DNA of 64,000 nucleotides from an uncultured virus (IMG/VR IMGVR_UViG_3300013131_000038) (Duplodnaviria > Heunggongvirae > Uroviricota > Caudoviricetes), in IMG/VR virus record IMGVR_UViG_3300013131_000038, positions 1-64,000 of that record; one strand, written 5' to 3'. How positions within the stretch are numbered: the stretch's first letter is position 1; every line of letters starts with the position of its first letter. Both the position numbers and the translations under genes were made by a program. Of this stretch, positions 38,154-48,119 are shown in pieces. A model generated the notes under the pieces. The model saw only the letters and a list, made by a program, of their open reading frames with translations, ran no database searches and was not told where the DNA came from.

Positions 38154-39673
38154 TGCTCTACTCTCTAGAAGTCGAAAAGCAATTTCTCGCTGGACTAATT
38201 CAGCATCCAGAAACTTACGCAGAGATTTGCGACTTTATCTCCGAGTCAGATTTTTATTCTGACGATACGGTAGTTCACAAGACGATCTACCATATCGTAA
38301 AAAAATGTATCGAAGCGAGCGATAAAGTCGATGAGATCATTATCGCGCAGCGAATCAAAGAAATCGGAATCTCATTCAAGGATAACATCGACATCTTTGA
38401 CTATCTTCGCTCGCTTGCTGTTCGCAAGACGAACAAGAACACGGCAGTAATGGCCGCGAAGGAAGTGAAGAAGTATTCGATTCGCCGCTCGATTCACTCG
38501 TCAGCTCTTGAGGTTGCCGAGAAGATGAAGAAGATGGCTCCCGACTCTTCGTATCAAACGATCATCGACGAAGCGGACACAACATTCAATAAGATCATCA
38601 ATATTTATGAGAACAACGAAGAAAAGCCAATCAACATCTTTGAAGAGATGGAGAGCGTCATTGAAGAACGCGGTAATAACCCCGTTACTGAGTTTGGTCT
38701 CATGGGGCCGTTTCCCACTATTAATAAGGTTTACGGCTCTCTTCTCCGCCCCGGTAATATTACAGTTATTGTCGCCCGATCTGGCGTAGGTAAGACGCTT
38801 CTTGCCCTTAACTACACGACGAAGGTATCGGCTCAGTACGATGTTCCCGTTCTTCACTTCGATAACGGCGAAATGAGCAAAGAGGAAGTGATCATGCGTC
38901 AATGCGCCGCATTGAGTCACGTTCCGATGCATCTTCTCGAAACTGGTCTCTGGCGTAAAGCTGGTGACGATGTTGTTCAGCGCGTGCGCTCAACGTGGGC
39001 GAAGATCAAGAATCTCAAGTTTTATTATTACAACGTTGGCGGCATGACAACCGATCAGATGATCAATAATCTGAAGCGGTTCTACTACTCGAAGATTGGT
39101 CGCGGGAACAAGCTCATCTTTAGCTTCGACTACATCAAGCCGTCTGCCGATGCGGACGGTAATCGTCCAGAGTGGCAAGTGATCGGTGATATGTTGAATA
39201 AGTTCAAGAAGACGATTCAGCGCGACACCGTTCAAGATCAAAAGCCGATGATCACGATGTTCTCATCTATTCAGTCGAATAGAGGCGGCATCACAACAAA
39301 TAGAAACTCGGACTCGATTAATGACGACGAGAGTATCGTGTCGATGTCTGACCGCATCACCCACTACTGTTCGCACATGGCGATTCTTCGCCCAAAGACA
39401 GCGGACGAGCAACAGGAAGAGGGCGCGGCATTCGGGTCTCACAAGCTTATCTTCGTTAAGAGCCGCTTCTTAGGCTCCGACGTTGCAGGCGCACTTCAGC
39501 TAGTTAGAATTCAAGACGGTTCACTTAAAAAGAATTTTATCAATCTTCAATTCCACAACTTCGATATTGAAGAGCGCGGTGACTTGCGAGACATTGTAAA
39601 TTCAGTAGACACAGGTCAAACAACGCTTAGAAGAAACCACGATGCGGACGATGTCCCAAACTTCAACAGTTGA
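38153..39673 (+). CDS. dnaB: Replicative DnaB-like helicase
   Basis: SLEVEKQFLAGL..P, DFY...HK.IY, ARSGVGKT, EMS, DYI, QSNR. Confidence 0.92.
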   Translation: MLYSLEVEKQFLAGLIQHPETYAEICDFISESDFYSDDTVVHKTIYHIVKKCIEASDKVDEIIIAQRIKEIGISFKDNIDIFDYLRSLAVRKTNKNTAVMAAKEVKKYSIRRSIHSSALEVAEKMKKMAPDSSYQTIIDEADTTFNKIINIYENNEEKPINIFEEMESVIEERGNNPVTEFGLMGPFPTINKVYGSLLRPGNITVIVARSGVGKTLLALNYTTKVSAQYDVPVLHFDNGEMSKEEVIMRQCAALSHVPMHLLETGLWRKAGDDVVQRVRSTWAKIKNLKFYYYNVGGMTTDQMINNLKRFYYSKIGRGNKLIFSFDYIKPSADADGNRPEWQVIGDMLNKFKKTIQRDTVQDQKPMITMFSSIQSNRGGITTNRNSDSINDDESIVSMSDRITHYCSHMAILRPKTADEQQEEGAAFGSHKLIFVKSRFLGSDVAGALQLVRIQDGSLKKNFINLQFHNFDIEERGDLRDIVNSVDTGQTTLRRNHDADDVPNFNS

Positions 39674-40727
39674 TCCGTTGATCCTCAAAGGGTCACTAGA
39701 GTCTATGGGCTACAAGCTCAAAGACTATGGCAGTTATTGGCGAGCTTGCGCGATTTATCGTGGAGGAGATAACACAACTGCGCTCAAGATCTACAAGAAC
39801 AGCGGCGTCTGGACCGACTACGCTCAAGGCAGCACAAAGAGCTATCCGTTTCAGCGTCTCGTTGAGCTTACGCTAGATACCAAGGAATCGCACATCATAA
39901 ATAAGTATGTAAAGTTCGATCCTCAGAATATAATACACGCCGAAGTAAAAGAGAGAATCGAAATGGAAAAGATCTACCCAGAATCGCTTTTAGACAATCT
40001 TTTGCCGCATCTTGACTTTTATCAGAAGAAAAAGATCTCAGACGCGACGCTTCAGTTTTATAAGTGTGGGTATGCGACTGGCGGTCAAATGTTCAAGCGC
40101 ATCGTTTTTCCGATTTACAATCAGTACGGTCAGATTCACGGTTTTTCTGGTCGCGCACCGCTTTGGCAGAAGAGCGACGAGTTTCCAAAATGGAAGCACC
40201 TTGGAAAGCGGGCAAACTGGGTCTATCCGCTATACATGAAACGCAACGGAATCGAAGAAGTCCGCGAATCCATAGAGAAGTCTAAGCGCGTATTTATCGT
40301 CGAAAGTATTGGCGACAGCATGGCTCTTTTCGAAAACGGCTATAAAAATAACCTTGCCACGTTTGGCTTGGGAGTTTCTTCGAAATTCTGCTCCGCGCTG
40401 CTTTCTTTGGACGTTGATAAAATTACTATTGCTTACAACAACGATTCGTCTTCCGAGATAAATCACGGTCTTGTCTCTGCCTGTAAAGCCTATTTGCAGC
40501 TTTTATCCGTTTTCGACCCGTCGAAACTCGAAATTAGACTCCCGCCAAGAAATGACTTTTCGGATCTTTTTCTAGAAGAGGGTTGCCACGAAGTTTTTCA
40601 AGAATGGCTCAAGAAAGAAATTCGCCAAGCCGATCAGATAAATGCTATTTTAGAAATAGCTGTTGCAAATAAATTCCCCGACAATTTAGTCGAAAGGGCA
40701 AAAAAGTTAGTAGAAGACATTGGATAA
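39651..40727 (+). CDS. dnaG: DNA primase (Toprim)
   Basis: RIVFPI....G.I.GFSGR, KWKH, IVESIGD, AYNND. Follows the helicase gene. Confidence 0.85.
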   Translation: MSQTSTVDPLILKGSLESMGYKLKDYGSYWRACAIYRGGDNTTALKIYKNSGVWTDYAQGSTKSYPFQRLVELTLDTKESHIINKYVKFDPQNIIHAEVKERIEMEKIYPESLLDNLLPHLDFYQKKKISDATLQFYKCGYATGGQMFKRIVFPIYNQYGQIHGFSGRAPLWQKSDEFPKWKHLGKRANWVYPLYMKRNGIEEVRESIEKSKRVFIVESIGDSMALFENGYKNNLATFGLGVSSKFCSALLSLDVDKITIAYNNDSSSEINHGLVSACKAYLQLLSVFDPSKLEIRLPPRNDFSDLFLEEGCHEVFQEWLKKEIRQADQINAILEIAVANKFPDNLVERAKKLVEDIG

Positions 40728-41748
40728 ACCTAAACACACGGCACTTTCCGCTAGCAGAATCAAAACATTAGAAAAATGCAGTTGGTCATATTGGTGCTCT
40801 TATGTTCTCAAGTTGCCCGATAAGGCGAACGACGGCTCGTCTCGCGGAAACGTTGTCCACTTGGTCCTTGAAATGCTTGCTAAAAAAAATCGTAAGCAAT
40901 ACGTTAACGATATCTTATTCGCGAAGAATATTTTTTGCGTTCCGTCGATCAAGAAGCTCACTTTAAAGCACGCCAGAAAGCATAATGTTTCCGATCAAGA
41001 GAACATTGAGCTAATCAAGCAAATGACGCTGACCGCCCTAGAGCATGACTTCTGGGGTAAGGGTAACGGTAAAGTTCTGCAAGATTTGCAAGAAAGAACT
41101 TTCGATATTGACATTTCAGAAGAAAATAAAAGCTATCGTTTAAGGGGTTTTATTGACCGCCAGTTCATGTACGAAGACGGATCATCGGTTGTTCGCGATT
41201 ACAAGACTAGCAAAGCGGTATTTAGCGGCAAAGATGCCGATGACAATCTTCAGCATTTTATTTATACTCTTGCGTCTAAAAAGCTCGATCCAAAATACGA
41301 GGTTGCTATGGAATTTTTATTTCTAAAATTCGACCTGCAGAAGAAAAAGGGCGGCGGCTTGTTGAAGATGGAGCCTCTATCGGAAAAAGACCTTTCCGAT
41401 TTTGAGCTTCACCTTACAGAAGTGCAAAAAGTAATTGACAACTTTTCCGAGAGGGACGCTTATTCAAATTTTGCTGCCGACAAACCAATGCCTTCTGATG
41501 GTTCATTTTCTGGGAAATTGTCTTGCGGCTTCGCGAAATACAAAGGTCAGCTAAAGAAAGACGGCAATCCAATGTGGCATTGCCCCTACAAGTTTGATTT
41601 TATTTACTACGCTCTTCGAGACAAAGAAAATAAAATTGTAAAAACTGCATTTGGAGAAGACGCTGGAGATCTTTTTAAAGGTATGCCAGAGGGCTTTAAG
41701 GTCACAAAAGAGCAGTATGCTGGTTGTCCAGCGCATCAAAAGACTTGA
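40720..41748 (+). CDS. PD-(D/E)xK exonuclease (RecB/Cas4-like)
   Basis: LSASRI...C, RGNVVH..LE, LRGFID, RDYKT, Q..IY, C-terminal Cys cluster. Confidence 0.85.
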   Translation: MDKPKHTALSASRIKTLEKCSWSYWCSYVLKLPDKANDGSSRGNVVHLVLEMLAKKNRKQYVNDILFAKNIFCVPSIKKLTLKHARKHNVSDQENIELIKQMTLTALEHDFWGKGNGKVLQDLQERTFDIDISEENKSYRLRGFIDRQFMYEDGSSVVRDYKTSKAVFSGKDADDNLQHFIYTLASKKLDPKYEVAMEFLFLKFDLQKKKGGGLLKMEPLSEKDLSDFELHLTEVQKVIDNFSERDAYSNFAADKPMPSDGSFSGKLSCGFAKYKGQLKKDGNPMWHCPYKFDFIYYALRDKENKIVKTAFGEDAGDLFKGMPEGFKVTKEQYAGCPAHQKT

Positions 41749-41778
41749 CAAGTCTCGTTCTCTTGTTATTTATGAGTA

Positions 41779-42516
41779 ATGGTCCCTTTATTCAAGTCTC
41801 ACTTTTCCGTGGGGAAAAGCATTTTAACTCTGGCTGAACCAGAAAAGCAAAAGCCAGACGGTCCAGACAGTATTATTTCCATCGCAATCGAGAACGGATT
41901 AAAAGAAATCTATCTCGTAGAAGACTCGCTGACTGGCTTTTTGACGGCTTTCAAATCGTGCAAAGCGCACGATATTCATCTCAAGTTCGGGTTAAGAATT
42001 TCTGTTTGCAACTCGTATGATTCAGTAGAGACTTCTAGTCACAAAGTCGTTTTGTTTGCCTTGAACGACAACGGGTTCAAGGACTTGAATAAGATTTACA
42101 CGCACGCCTTCGTTCATCACGAAGGCACGATTTCTAACGATGATATTGTAGCCAAATTAACGGAGAACGTGCTTGTTGCAATTCCGTTTTACGACTCGTA
42201 CATCTGGAATAATATGTATAGCTTTTCAGACTGTATGCCGAGCTTTAATGCGCACGTTTATTTTGTGGAAGACAACAATCTTCCGTTCGATAAGCTTACC
42301 GCCGATTTTATCCGTTCGAAACAAAACAAATCTTCCATTGTAGAAGCCAAGTCGATCTACTATTATAAGAGAGACGACTTTGACGCTTGGATAACGTACA
42401 AGATCGCTTGCAATCGACGCATGGGCAAATCGCAGACCTTGTCTGCGCCAGAGATCAATGGGTGCGGAAGCCGCGAGTTCTGCTTCGAATCTTGGGCTCA
42501 GAGAAGCTATGAATAA
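41779..42516 (+). CDS. Stand-alone PHP domain of DNA polymerase III alpha
   Basis: PLFKSHFS...S, FGLRI, LFALNDNGFKDL.KI.T resemble the DnaE N-terminus. Confidence 0.75.
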   Translation: MVPLFKSHFSVGKSILTLAEPEKQKPDGPDSIISIAIENGLKEIYLVEDSLTGFLTAFKSCKAHDIHLKFGLRISVCNSYDSVETSSHKVVLFALNDNGFKDLNKIYTHAFVHHEGTISNDDIVAKLTENVLVAIPFYDSYIWNNMYSFSDCMPSFNAHVYFVEDNNLPFDKLTADFIRSKQNKSSIVEAKSIYYYKRDDFDAWITYKIACNRRMGKSQTLSAPEINGCGSREFCFESWAQRSYE

Positions 42517-43135
42517 TCTTTTAAAACAGAAAATTAACCAAAAGTTTGTTGTCTTCGATACAGAAACCGAAGGACTGTCTTTGACCTCTTCGCGTCCTTG
42601 GCAACTTTCTTGGATCGTTTGTCAAGGCGATCAAATTTTAGAGAGACACGACGAGTTTGTGAAATACGATGATTTGAACGTTTCAGAGGATGCGGCTAAA
42701 GTTACAGGATTTAATTTTGCAAATTACTCTGCAAAAGCAAAAGACCCGATGGATGTTTGGAGAAAGTTTGCCAAGTATCTTTACGATGACCAGTACATTT
42801 TCGTCGGGCATAATATTCTCAACTTCGATATTTACATCCTCAATACAATGATGCGCGGGCTTGGACTTAAAAATGATTGGCGTTTCGTGTCAAGAATGAT
42901 CGATACCCGTTCTCTTGCCGTTGCAATGTTTAAGAAGATCAAGCGAAACGGCGATTTGATTCCTTGGCAAATTAAGCTTATTAACGTTCGCGAAAAAGGG
43001 CTAAAGGCTAGTCAAGGATTCCTTTTGAAGCATTTTGCCGTTGATCACGATCCGTCGAAACTGCACAACGCTCTGTACGACATTGAAATGAATTATATTT
43101 TATTCAGAAAACTTATCGCGGAGGTCGAAGTATGA
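42509..43135 (+). CDS. dnaQ: DEDDh 3'-5' exonuclease (epsilon-like)
   Basis: FDTETEGL, GHNILNFD, IDT, HNALYD. Confidence 0.9.
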   Translation: MNNLLKQKINQKFVVFDTETEGLSLTSSRPWQLSWIVCQGDQILERHDEFVKYDDLNVSEDAAKVTGFNFANYSAKAKDPMDVWRKFAKYLYDDQYIFVGHNILNFDIYILNTMMRGLGLKNDWRFVSRMIDTRSLAVAMFKKIKRNGDLIPWQIKLINVREKGLKASQGFLLKHFAVDHDPSKLHNALYDIEMNYILFRKLIAEVEV

Positions 43136-45702
43136 GTCTTTTGCTCGAAACATTCAAAAGATACGAACATCCAGTACCGCCCGGCGTTCGACTCCCAGAA
43201 ATTAAAATCGACGCCAAATACTACGAAACACTTGGCATAGACAGTACTGTTTCTAATTTTGAGTTCTTGCGTCAACTTTGTTTGCGTGCAGTTGTCGCTA
43301 AAGGAATCGATAAACTTCCAAATAAAAAAGAATACTACGAGCGAGCCAAGATGGAACTTGCCGTATTCAACGAACTCGGCTTCGTTGACTATATTTTGCT
43401 TAATTGGGACATTCTGAAATACGCCCACGAAAACAATATCCCGACTGGGTACGGTCGCGGCTCTGCCGCTGGATCTCTGATTCTTTATTTACTTTCGGTC
43501 ACTAACGTTGACCCAATCAAAAACGGCTTGTTCTTTGAGCGTTTCGTGTCCAAGAGTCGCGCAAAGAAGATCGTTGTTGATGGAATTACTTATCTCGATG
43601 GTTCGCTGATGCCAGATGTTGATAACGATATCGAATTTTCTAAGCGTCACGAAGTTATCAATTATATCAAGACGAAGTACTCCGGTAAGACTTGCAAAAT
43701 TCTTACCATGAACACGCTAACTGGTAAACTATGCATCAAAGAGTGCGCGAAGATTATCGCCGAGATGAGCGAAGACGAAGTAAATGCGATTAGCGACGTT
43801 ATTCCGAAACAGTTCGGCAAAGTATTCCCTCTCAAGGATGCCTATGACCAAAGCGAACAATTCAAAGCTTTTTGCGACAAGAATACCAAGGTATTCAAAA
43901 TAGCAAAGAAAATCGAAGGGCTAAATAAAAATACGGGCGTTCACCCGTCTGGCATTTCGATTTCTTACTACGATAACGAAGAGATTATGCCTTTGCAAAA
44001 GACTGGCGACGGAGAAGTTGTGTCGGCTTACGACATGAACAATATTTCCGAGATCACCGTAAAGTTCGATATTCTTGGTCTCAGAACACTTACAGTCGTT
44101 TATGATACTTGCCAACGTCTCGGCTTAGACTTCAAGAATCTCGATTTCGATAAACCTGCTACTTACAAGTTCCTTCAAGACTTGCAGAATCCAAAGGGCT
44201 TGTTTCAAATTGAGGCGAATACGAACTTCCATGTCTGCCGCAAAGTGAAGCCTCGCAATATGCTTGAACTTGCTTGTGTTCTTTCTCTTGCTCGACCGGG
44301 CGCTTTGGACTTCGTAGAACAGTATGCTCGTTACGTTGAGACTAATCAACTCCAATCAGTCCATCCATTTTTTGATGATATTTTGAGCGTAACTGGAGGT
44401 ATCCCGATCTTTCAAGAACAGTTGATGAAAATGGTTGTTAAGGTTGGATTCACGCTCGATGAAGCAGAAACTGTTCGCCGTATCGTTGGCAAAAAGAAGG
44501 TTAGCGAAATGCCCGCTTGGCAAGAAAAAATTCGCAATAAAGTTGCCGAGAACGATCTAGAATCTCAAGTGGCGGACGTTCTTTGGAAGGTAGCTGAAGA
44601 TAGCGCGAACTATTCGTTTTGCGCCGCCCATGCCTTTTCCTACGGAACCCTAAGCGCATTAACAACTTACCTAAAATTTAATCATCCAAAAGAATTTTTC
44701 TTAGCTCTCTTAAAGTCTTCAAAGCACGAACCAGATCCGCACGAAGAGATCGAGACGATCTCTCAGGAACTCAGTTTCTTCGGTATCCGACTGCTTCCTC
44801 CCGACTTAGCAAAGTCTCACGCAGATTTTGAGATCGAGGGAGATAATATCCGATTCGGATTGAACGCGATTAAGGGCGTATCAGATAAGGTTCTTGAAAA
44901 CCTTCTTACGTTTCGAGAAGCCGAGTTTAAAAACAAAATTGATTGTTTCGACGGGGCGAAAGAAGCTGGCGTAAATATCGGAGTTTTATCTTCTTTGATT
45001 CAAGCAGGAACGTTATCGAGCTTTAGTGAAAAGCGCTGCCGTCTCGTTCTTGAGGCTCAGAGCTACAATATTCTTACCGATAGAGAAAAGCGGAATGTTA
45101 AGCTTGTCGCTGATAAATATCAACACGACGCTCTAACTGCGATTTCAGAAATGGCGAAAGCTAAGGCTGTCGGCGACGACAATAAGCCGTTCATGACTGA
45201 AAAACGCTTTAATACATTTAAAACCAAATACGAGTCTTACAAAAAGATTTATGACATGAACAAGCAATACGAGAAGTTCGCCAATTGGTTTTTCGAAAAG
45301 CGATTGCTTGGCTACAGCTACACTTACAAGCTTAAAGAAGTTTTTCATCAAGACGAGCACGAACGACTATTCACGACTTACGAAGTTTCTCAAGCCCAAG
45401 TTCGAGATGCTGTAAAAATGGTTGGAGTCGTAAAAGAGGCTCGTAAAAAAGTGAGCAGAGCAGGCAGACCTTACTTATTGGTTAAAATTGCTGACGAGTA
45501 CGGTCAAACCGTATGCCGTCTAACCGATGGCGGTCGCGACGACAAGTTTACGATGTACTACGAAGGAGGAGGCAAAACTCCAAAAGAAGACGATATCGTT
45601 GTCGTCTACGGCTCTAAAGCCGAGGACTCTATTTTCTTAAATGGCTTGACAATACTTTCGGAAAGGATCTATACTAAGCTATCGCAGATCGAATCTGTGT
45701 AA
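43132..45702 (+). CDS. dnaE: DNA polymerase III alpha catalytic core (no PHP domain)
   Basis: GYGRGSAAGSL, LFFERF, PDVDND, GVHPSG, KFDILGL, FQEQ, IRFGLNAIKGV, C-terminal OB fold. Confidence 0.95.
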   Translation: MSLLLETFKRYEHPVPPGVRLPEIKIDAKYYETLGIDSTVSNFEFLRQLCLRAVVAKGIDKLPNKKEYYERAKMELAVFNELGFVDYILLNWDILKYAHENNIPTGYGRGSAAGSLILYLLSVTNVDPIKNGLFFERFVSKSRAKKIVVDGITYLDGSLMPDVDNDIEFSKRHEVINYIKTKYSGKTCKILTMNTLTGKLCIKECAKIIAEMSEDEVNAISDVIPKQFGKVFPLKDAYDQSEQFKAFCDKNTKVFKIAKKIEGLNKNTGVHPSGISISYYDNEEIMPLQKTGDGEVVSAYDMNNISEITVKFDILGLRTLTVVYDTCQRLGLDFKNLDFDKPATYKFLQDLQNPKGLFQIEANTNFHVCRKVKPRNMLELACVLSLARPGALDFVEQYARYVETNQLQSVHPFFDDILSVTGGIPIFQEQLMKMVVKVGFTLDEAETVRRIVGKKKVSEMPAWQEKIRNKVAENDLESQVADVLWKVAEDSANYSFCAAHAFSYGTLSALTTYLKFNHPKEFFLALLKSSKHEPDPHEEIETISQELSFFGIRLLPPDLAKSHADFEIEGDNIRFGLNAIKGVSDKVLENLLTFREAEFKNKIDCFDGAKEAGVNIGVLSSLIQAGTLSSFSEKRCRLVLEAQSYNILTDREKRNVKLVADKYQHDALTAISEMAKAKAVGDDNKPFMTEKRFNTFKTKYESYKKIYDMNKQYEKFANWFFEKRLLGYSYTYKLKEVFHQDEHERLFTTYEVSQAQVRDAVKMVGVVKEARKKVSRAGRPYLLVKIADEYGQTVCRLTDGGRDDKFTMYYEGGGKTPKEDDIVVVYGSKAEDSIFLNGLTILSERIYTKLSQIESV

Positions 45703-45704
45703 AA

Positions 45705-48119
45705 ATGAATAAAGTGCAACAAATCAACTTCACTCCTAGGGCAACGCGGGCGCTAGAAATCTCCAAGCAGCGCTGTTTGGAGAATAACTATCATGAGATT
45801 ACCGAAGACTTTTTGCTCCACGCAATTTTGTTTTCCGAATCAATGATTGTTAATACGGTGTTTAGCGCCTTAAATATTCATACTAAACAAGTTGTGATTG
45901 CGCTATCGAAGACACTTCCGTCAAATAAAAAGAAACTGCCAAGCTCAGATATTCCGTTTGGTTCCGTCTCTGCCGAGGTTATTAAAAACTCTCAAATTAT
46001 TTCTGAAGCGTTTAAGCAAAACTATACTGGCGTAGAGCATATCTTTTTATCGCTTTTGAGGCACTCTGAACTTGTAAAAAAGTTCTTAAAAAAGAACTCG
46101 ATTGACGTTGGCTTCTTGACAGATAAAACGGAAAAAGAGTGCGAACTCATTTCGAATCCGATTAAAAAGCCCGCGCCGCCTCAGTCTGACAGAACTAGCA
46201 ACGAAAGCTTAATTTCATCTCACTGCGTAGACTACAATGAAAAAGCTTCCAAGGGAGAATTTGACCATATATCTTTTCGCGAAAAAGAAGTCGAGCAGAT
46301 GTTTGAAATCCTTTGTCGCAAGCAAAAGCGGAATCCGATGCTTATCGGAGATGCTGGAGTAGGCAAGAGTGCCGTTGTAGGGCTAATCGCAAAAAACATC
46401 ATTTCGTGCAATTGCACAGAGTTTCTTTTGAATAAGAAGGTTTTATCTCTTGATCTTGGGGCTCTTATCTCTGGCACAAGGCTTCGCGGCGAGTTTGAAG
46501 AGAAGCTTGTAAAAATTATGACGGAAATCAAAGCTATGGGCAATGTAATTTTGTTCATTGACGAGATTCATAATATTATTGGACTCGGCAATGACGCGGG
46601 TCAAATGGACGGAGCGAATATCCTAAAGTCCTATTTTACTGCCGAAGACCTTTCGTTTATCGGGGCGACAACGCAACAAGAATACGACAAGTACTTTGCG
46701 AAAGACTCGGCTATGTCTCGGCGCTTCGAGAACGTCTTTGTTCGTGAGCCAACTAAAGACGAGACTTTCGGCATTTTGAAGAACGTGAAATCATTCTATC
46801 AGACGTTCCATATGATCGAGTATCCAAATTCGGTCCTGATGAACATCGTTAATGTTTGCGATAAGTATATGCCAAATAGACGCTTCCCAGATAAGGCTAT
46901 TGATCTTCTCGATCAGATCGGAGCTAAAGTTAAAATTCGAGGTTTTGCGCGTCCAGACGAAATTAAAAACATTGAAAAACTAATCATTCAATTCGAAAAG
47001 TTTGCTCCCGATGACGTGAAGAAAAACCACTTGCCTAACTTAATAAGAGATTACGAATCAAAATACAATGTCTGGGTAGAAGCCGCTAAGGAAAAAAAGG
47101 TTCGAGCGAAGAAGAAAGACGTTTACAAGGCTTTGTCAGATAAGCTCGGCAAAGTCATTGACTCAAATTCTGACAACGACGGAATCAAGAATATTTACAG
47201 CAACCTGCAAAAGCACGTCTTTGGACAAGACAAGGCTTTAAAGAAGATTTCCGATTGTATCTTGCGTTCATCATTTGGCTTGTCAAAGAATAGTCGCCCG
47301 CTTGGGAATTTTATGTTTATTGGCCCAACTGGCTCAGGAAAGAGTCATTTGGCTCGAACGCTAGCGAAACAGGCTTTCGGGAGCGATTCTAATCTTTGCG
47401 TAATAGATATGTCAGAGTTTATGGAAAGTCATTCGGTTTCGAAACTGATTGGCGCTCCCCCCGGTTACGTTGGGTGTAATCAAGTAAGTGTTTTAACCGC
47501 TCATTTAACTCGCCACCCATCGTCAGTATTTCTTTTTGACGAAATCGAGAAAGCTCACCCAGACATAGTTAATGTTTTGCTCCAGATCATGGATAGCGGA
47601 CAACTCACAACTTCTGACGGGGAAAAGCTTTCGTTTAAAAATTCAATCATCATTATGACCGGAAACGTTGGCTATCAAATCAACGATAATAAACGAATGG
47701 GTTTTATGGCGACTGCTCAATCAACGCCTACAAAAGATACTGTTCTAGAAAGCTTAAAGAAGTTCTTCCGCCCAGAATTCTTGGCCCGCTTAAATGATAT
47801 TGTTATTTTCGACGAACTTAGCGAAGAATCGCTGATCAAAGTGGTCGAATCCGAGTTTTCCCAGATTCAAGCATCGCTGCTTGAGAGCGGAACGAAAGTT
47901 TCTTTCTCGCCGGAAGTTATCGACTTTATTTTGCAGAAAACAAAAGATTCTAGCACGGGAGCAAGAAAAATCGTTTTTTACGTCGAAAATGAGATCAAAA
48001 CCAAAATTGTAGACATCTTGCGGGCAAATACATACAATAAAATCAAGATCTCCATTAAAGACGGAGAGTTGACCATCAATGGAAAAACGAAGAAACTTCT
48101 TGCGACACACAGTATCTAG
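45705..48119 (+). CDS. clpC: ClpA/ClpC-family AAA+ unfoldase
   Basis: Clp-N repeats, GDAGVGKS, FIDEIH, RRFPDKAIDLLD, GPTGSGKS, LIGAPPGYVG, DEIEKAH, MGF loop. In-frame GTG 45714 is an alternative start. Confidence 0.93.
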   Translation: MNKVQQINFTPRATRALEISKQRCLENNYHEITEDFLLHAILFSESMIVNTVFSALNIHTKQVVIALSKTLPSNKKKLPSSDIPFGSVSAEVIKNSQIISEAFKQNYTGVEHIFLSLLRHSELVKKFLKKNSIDVGFLTDKTEKECELISNPIKKPAPPQSDRTSNESLISSHCVDYNEKASKGEFDHISFREKEVEQMFEILCRKQKRNPMLIGDAGVGKSAVVGLIAKNIISCNCTEFLLNKKVLSLDLGALISGTRLRGEFEEKLVKIMTEIKAMGNVILFIDEIHNIIGLGNDAGQMDGANILKSYFTAEDLSFIGATTQQEYDKYFAKDSAMSRRFENVFVREPTKDETFGILKNVKSFYQTFHMIEYPNSVLMNIVNVCDKYMPNRRFPDKAIDLLDQIGAKVKIRGFARPDEIKNIEKLIIQFEKFAPDDVKKNHLPNLIRDYESKYNVWVEAAKEKKVRAKKKDVYKALSDKLGKVIDSNSDNDGIKNIYSNLQKHVFGQDKALKKISDCILRSSFGLSKNSRPLGNFMFIGPTGSGKSHLARTLAKQAFGSDSNLCVIDMSEFMESHSVSKLIGAPPGYVGCNQVSVLTAHLTRHPSSVFLFDEIEKAHPDIVNVLLQIMDSGQLTTSDGEKLSFKNSIIIMTGNVGYQINDNKRMGFMATAQSTPTKDTVLESLKKFFRPEFLARLNDIVIFDELSEESLIKVVESEFSQIQASLLESGTKVSFSPEVIDFILQKTKDSSTGARKIVFYVENEIKTKIVDILRANTYNKIKISIKDGELTINGKTKKLLATHSI

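Noticed and set aside
40720..41748. Cas4-like nuclease as part of a CRISPR system
   Set aside because: No array or other cas genes are visible. It sits in the replication block like a typical phage exonuclease.
44605..44645. Intein or intron in dnaE (YSFCAAHA instead of the usual Y.FNKSHA) or in nrdA/dnaB/recA
   Set aside because: Protein lengths are normal and no splicing or homing-endonuclease motifs were seen. It is only a local motif variant.
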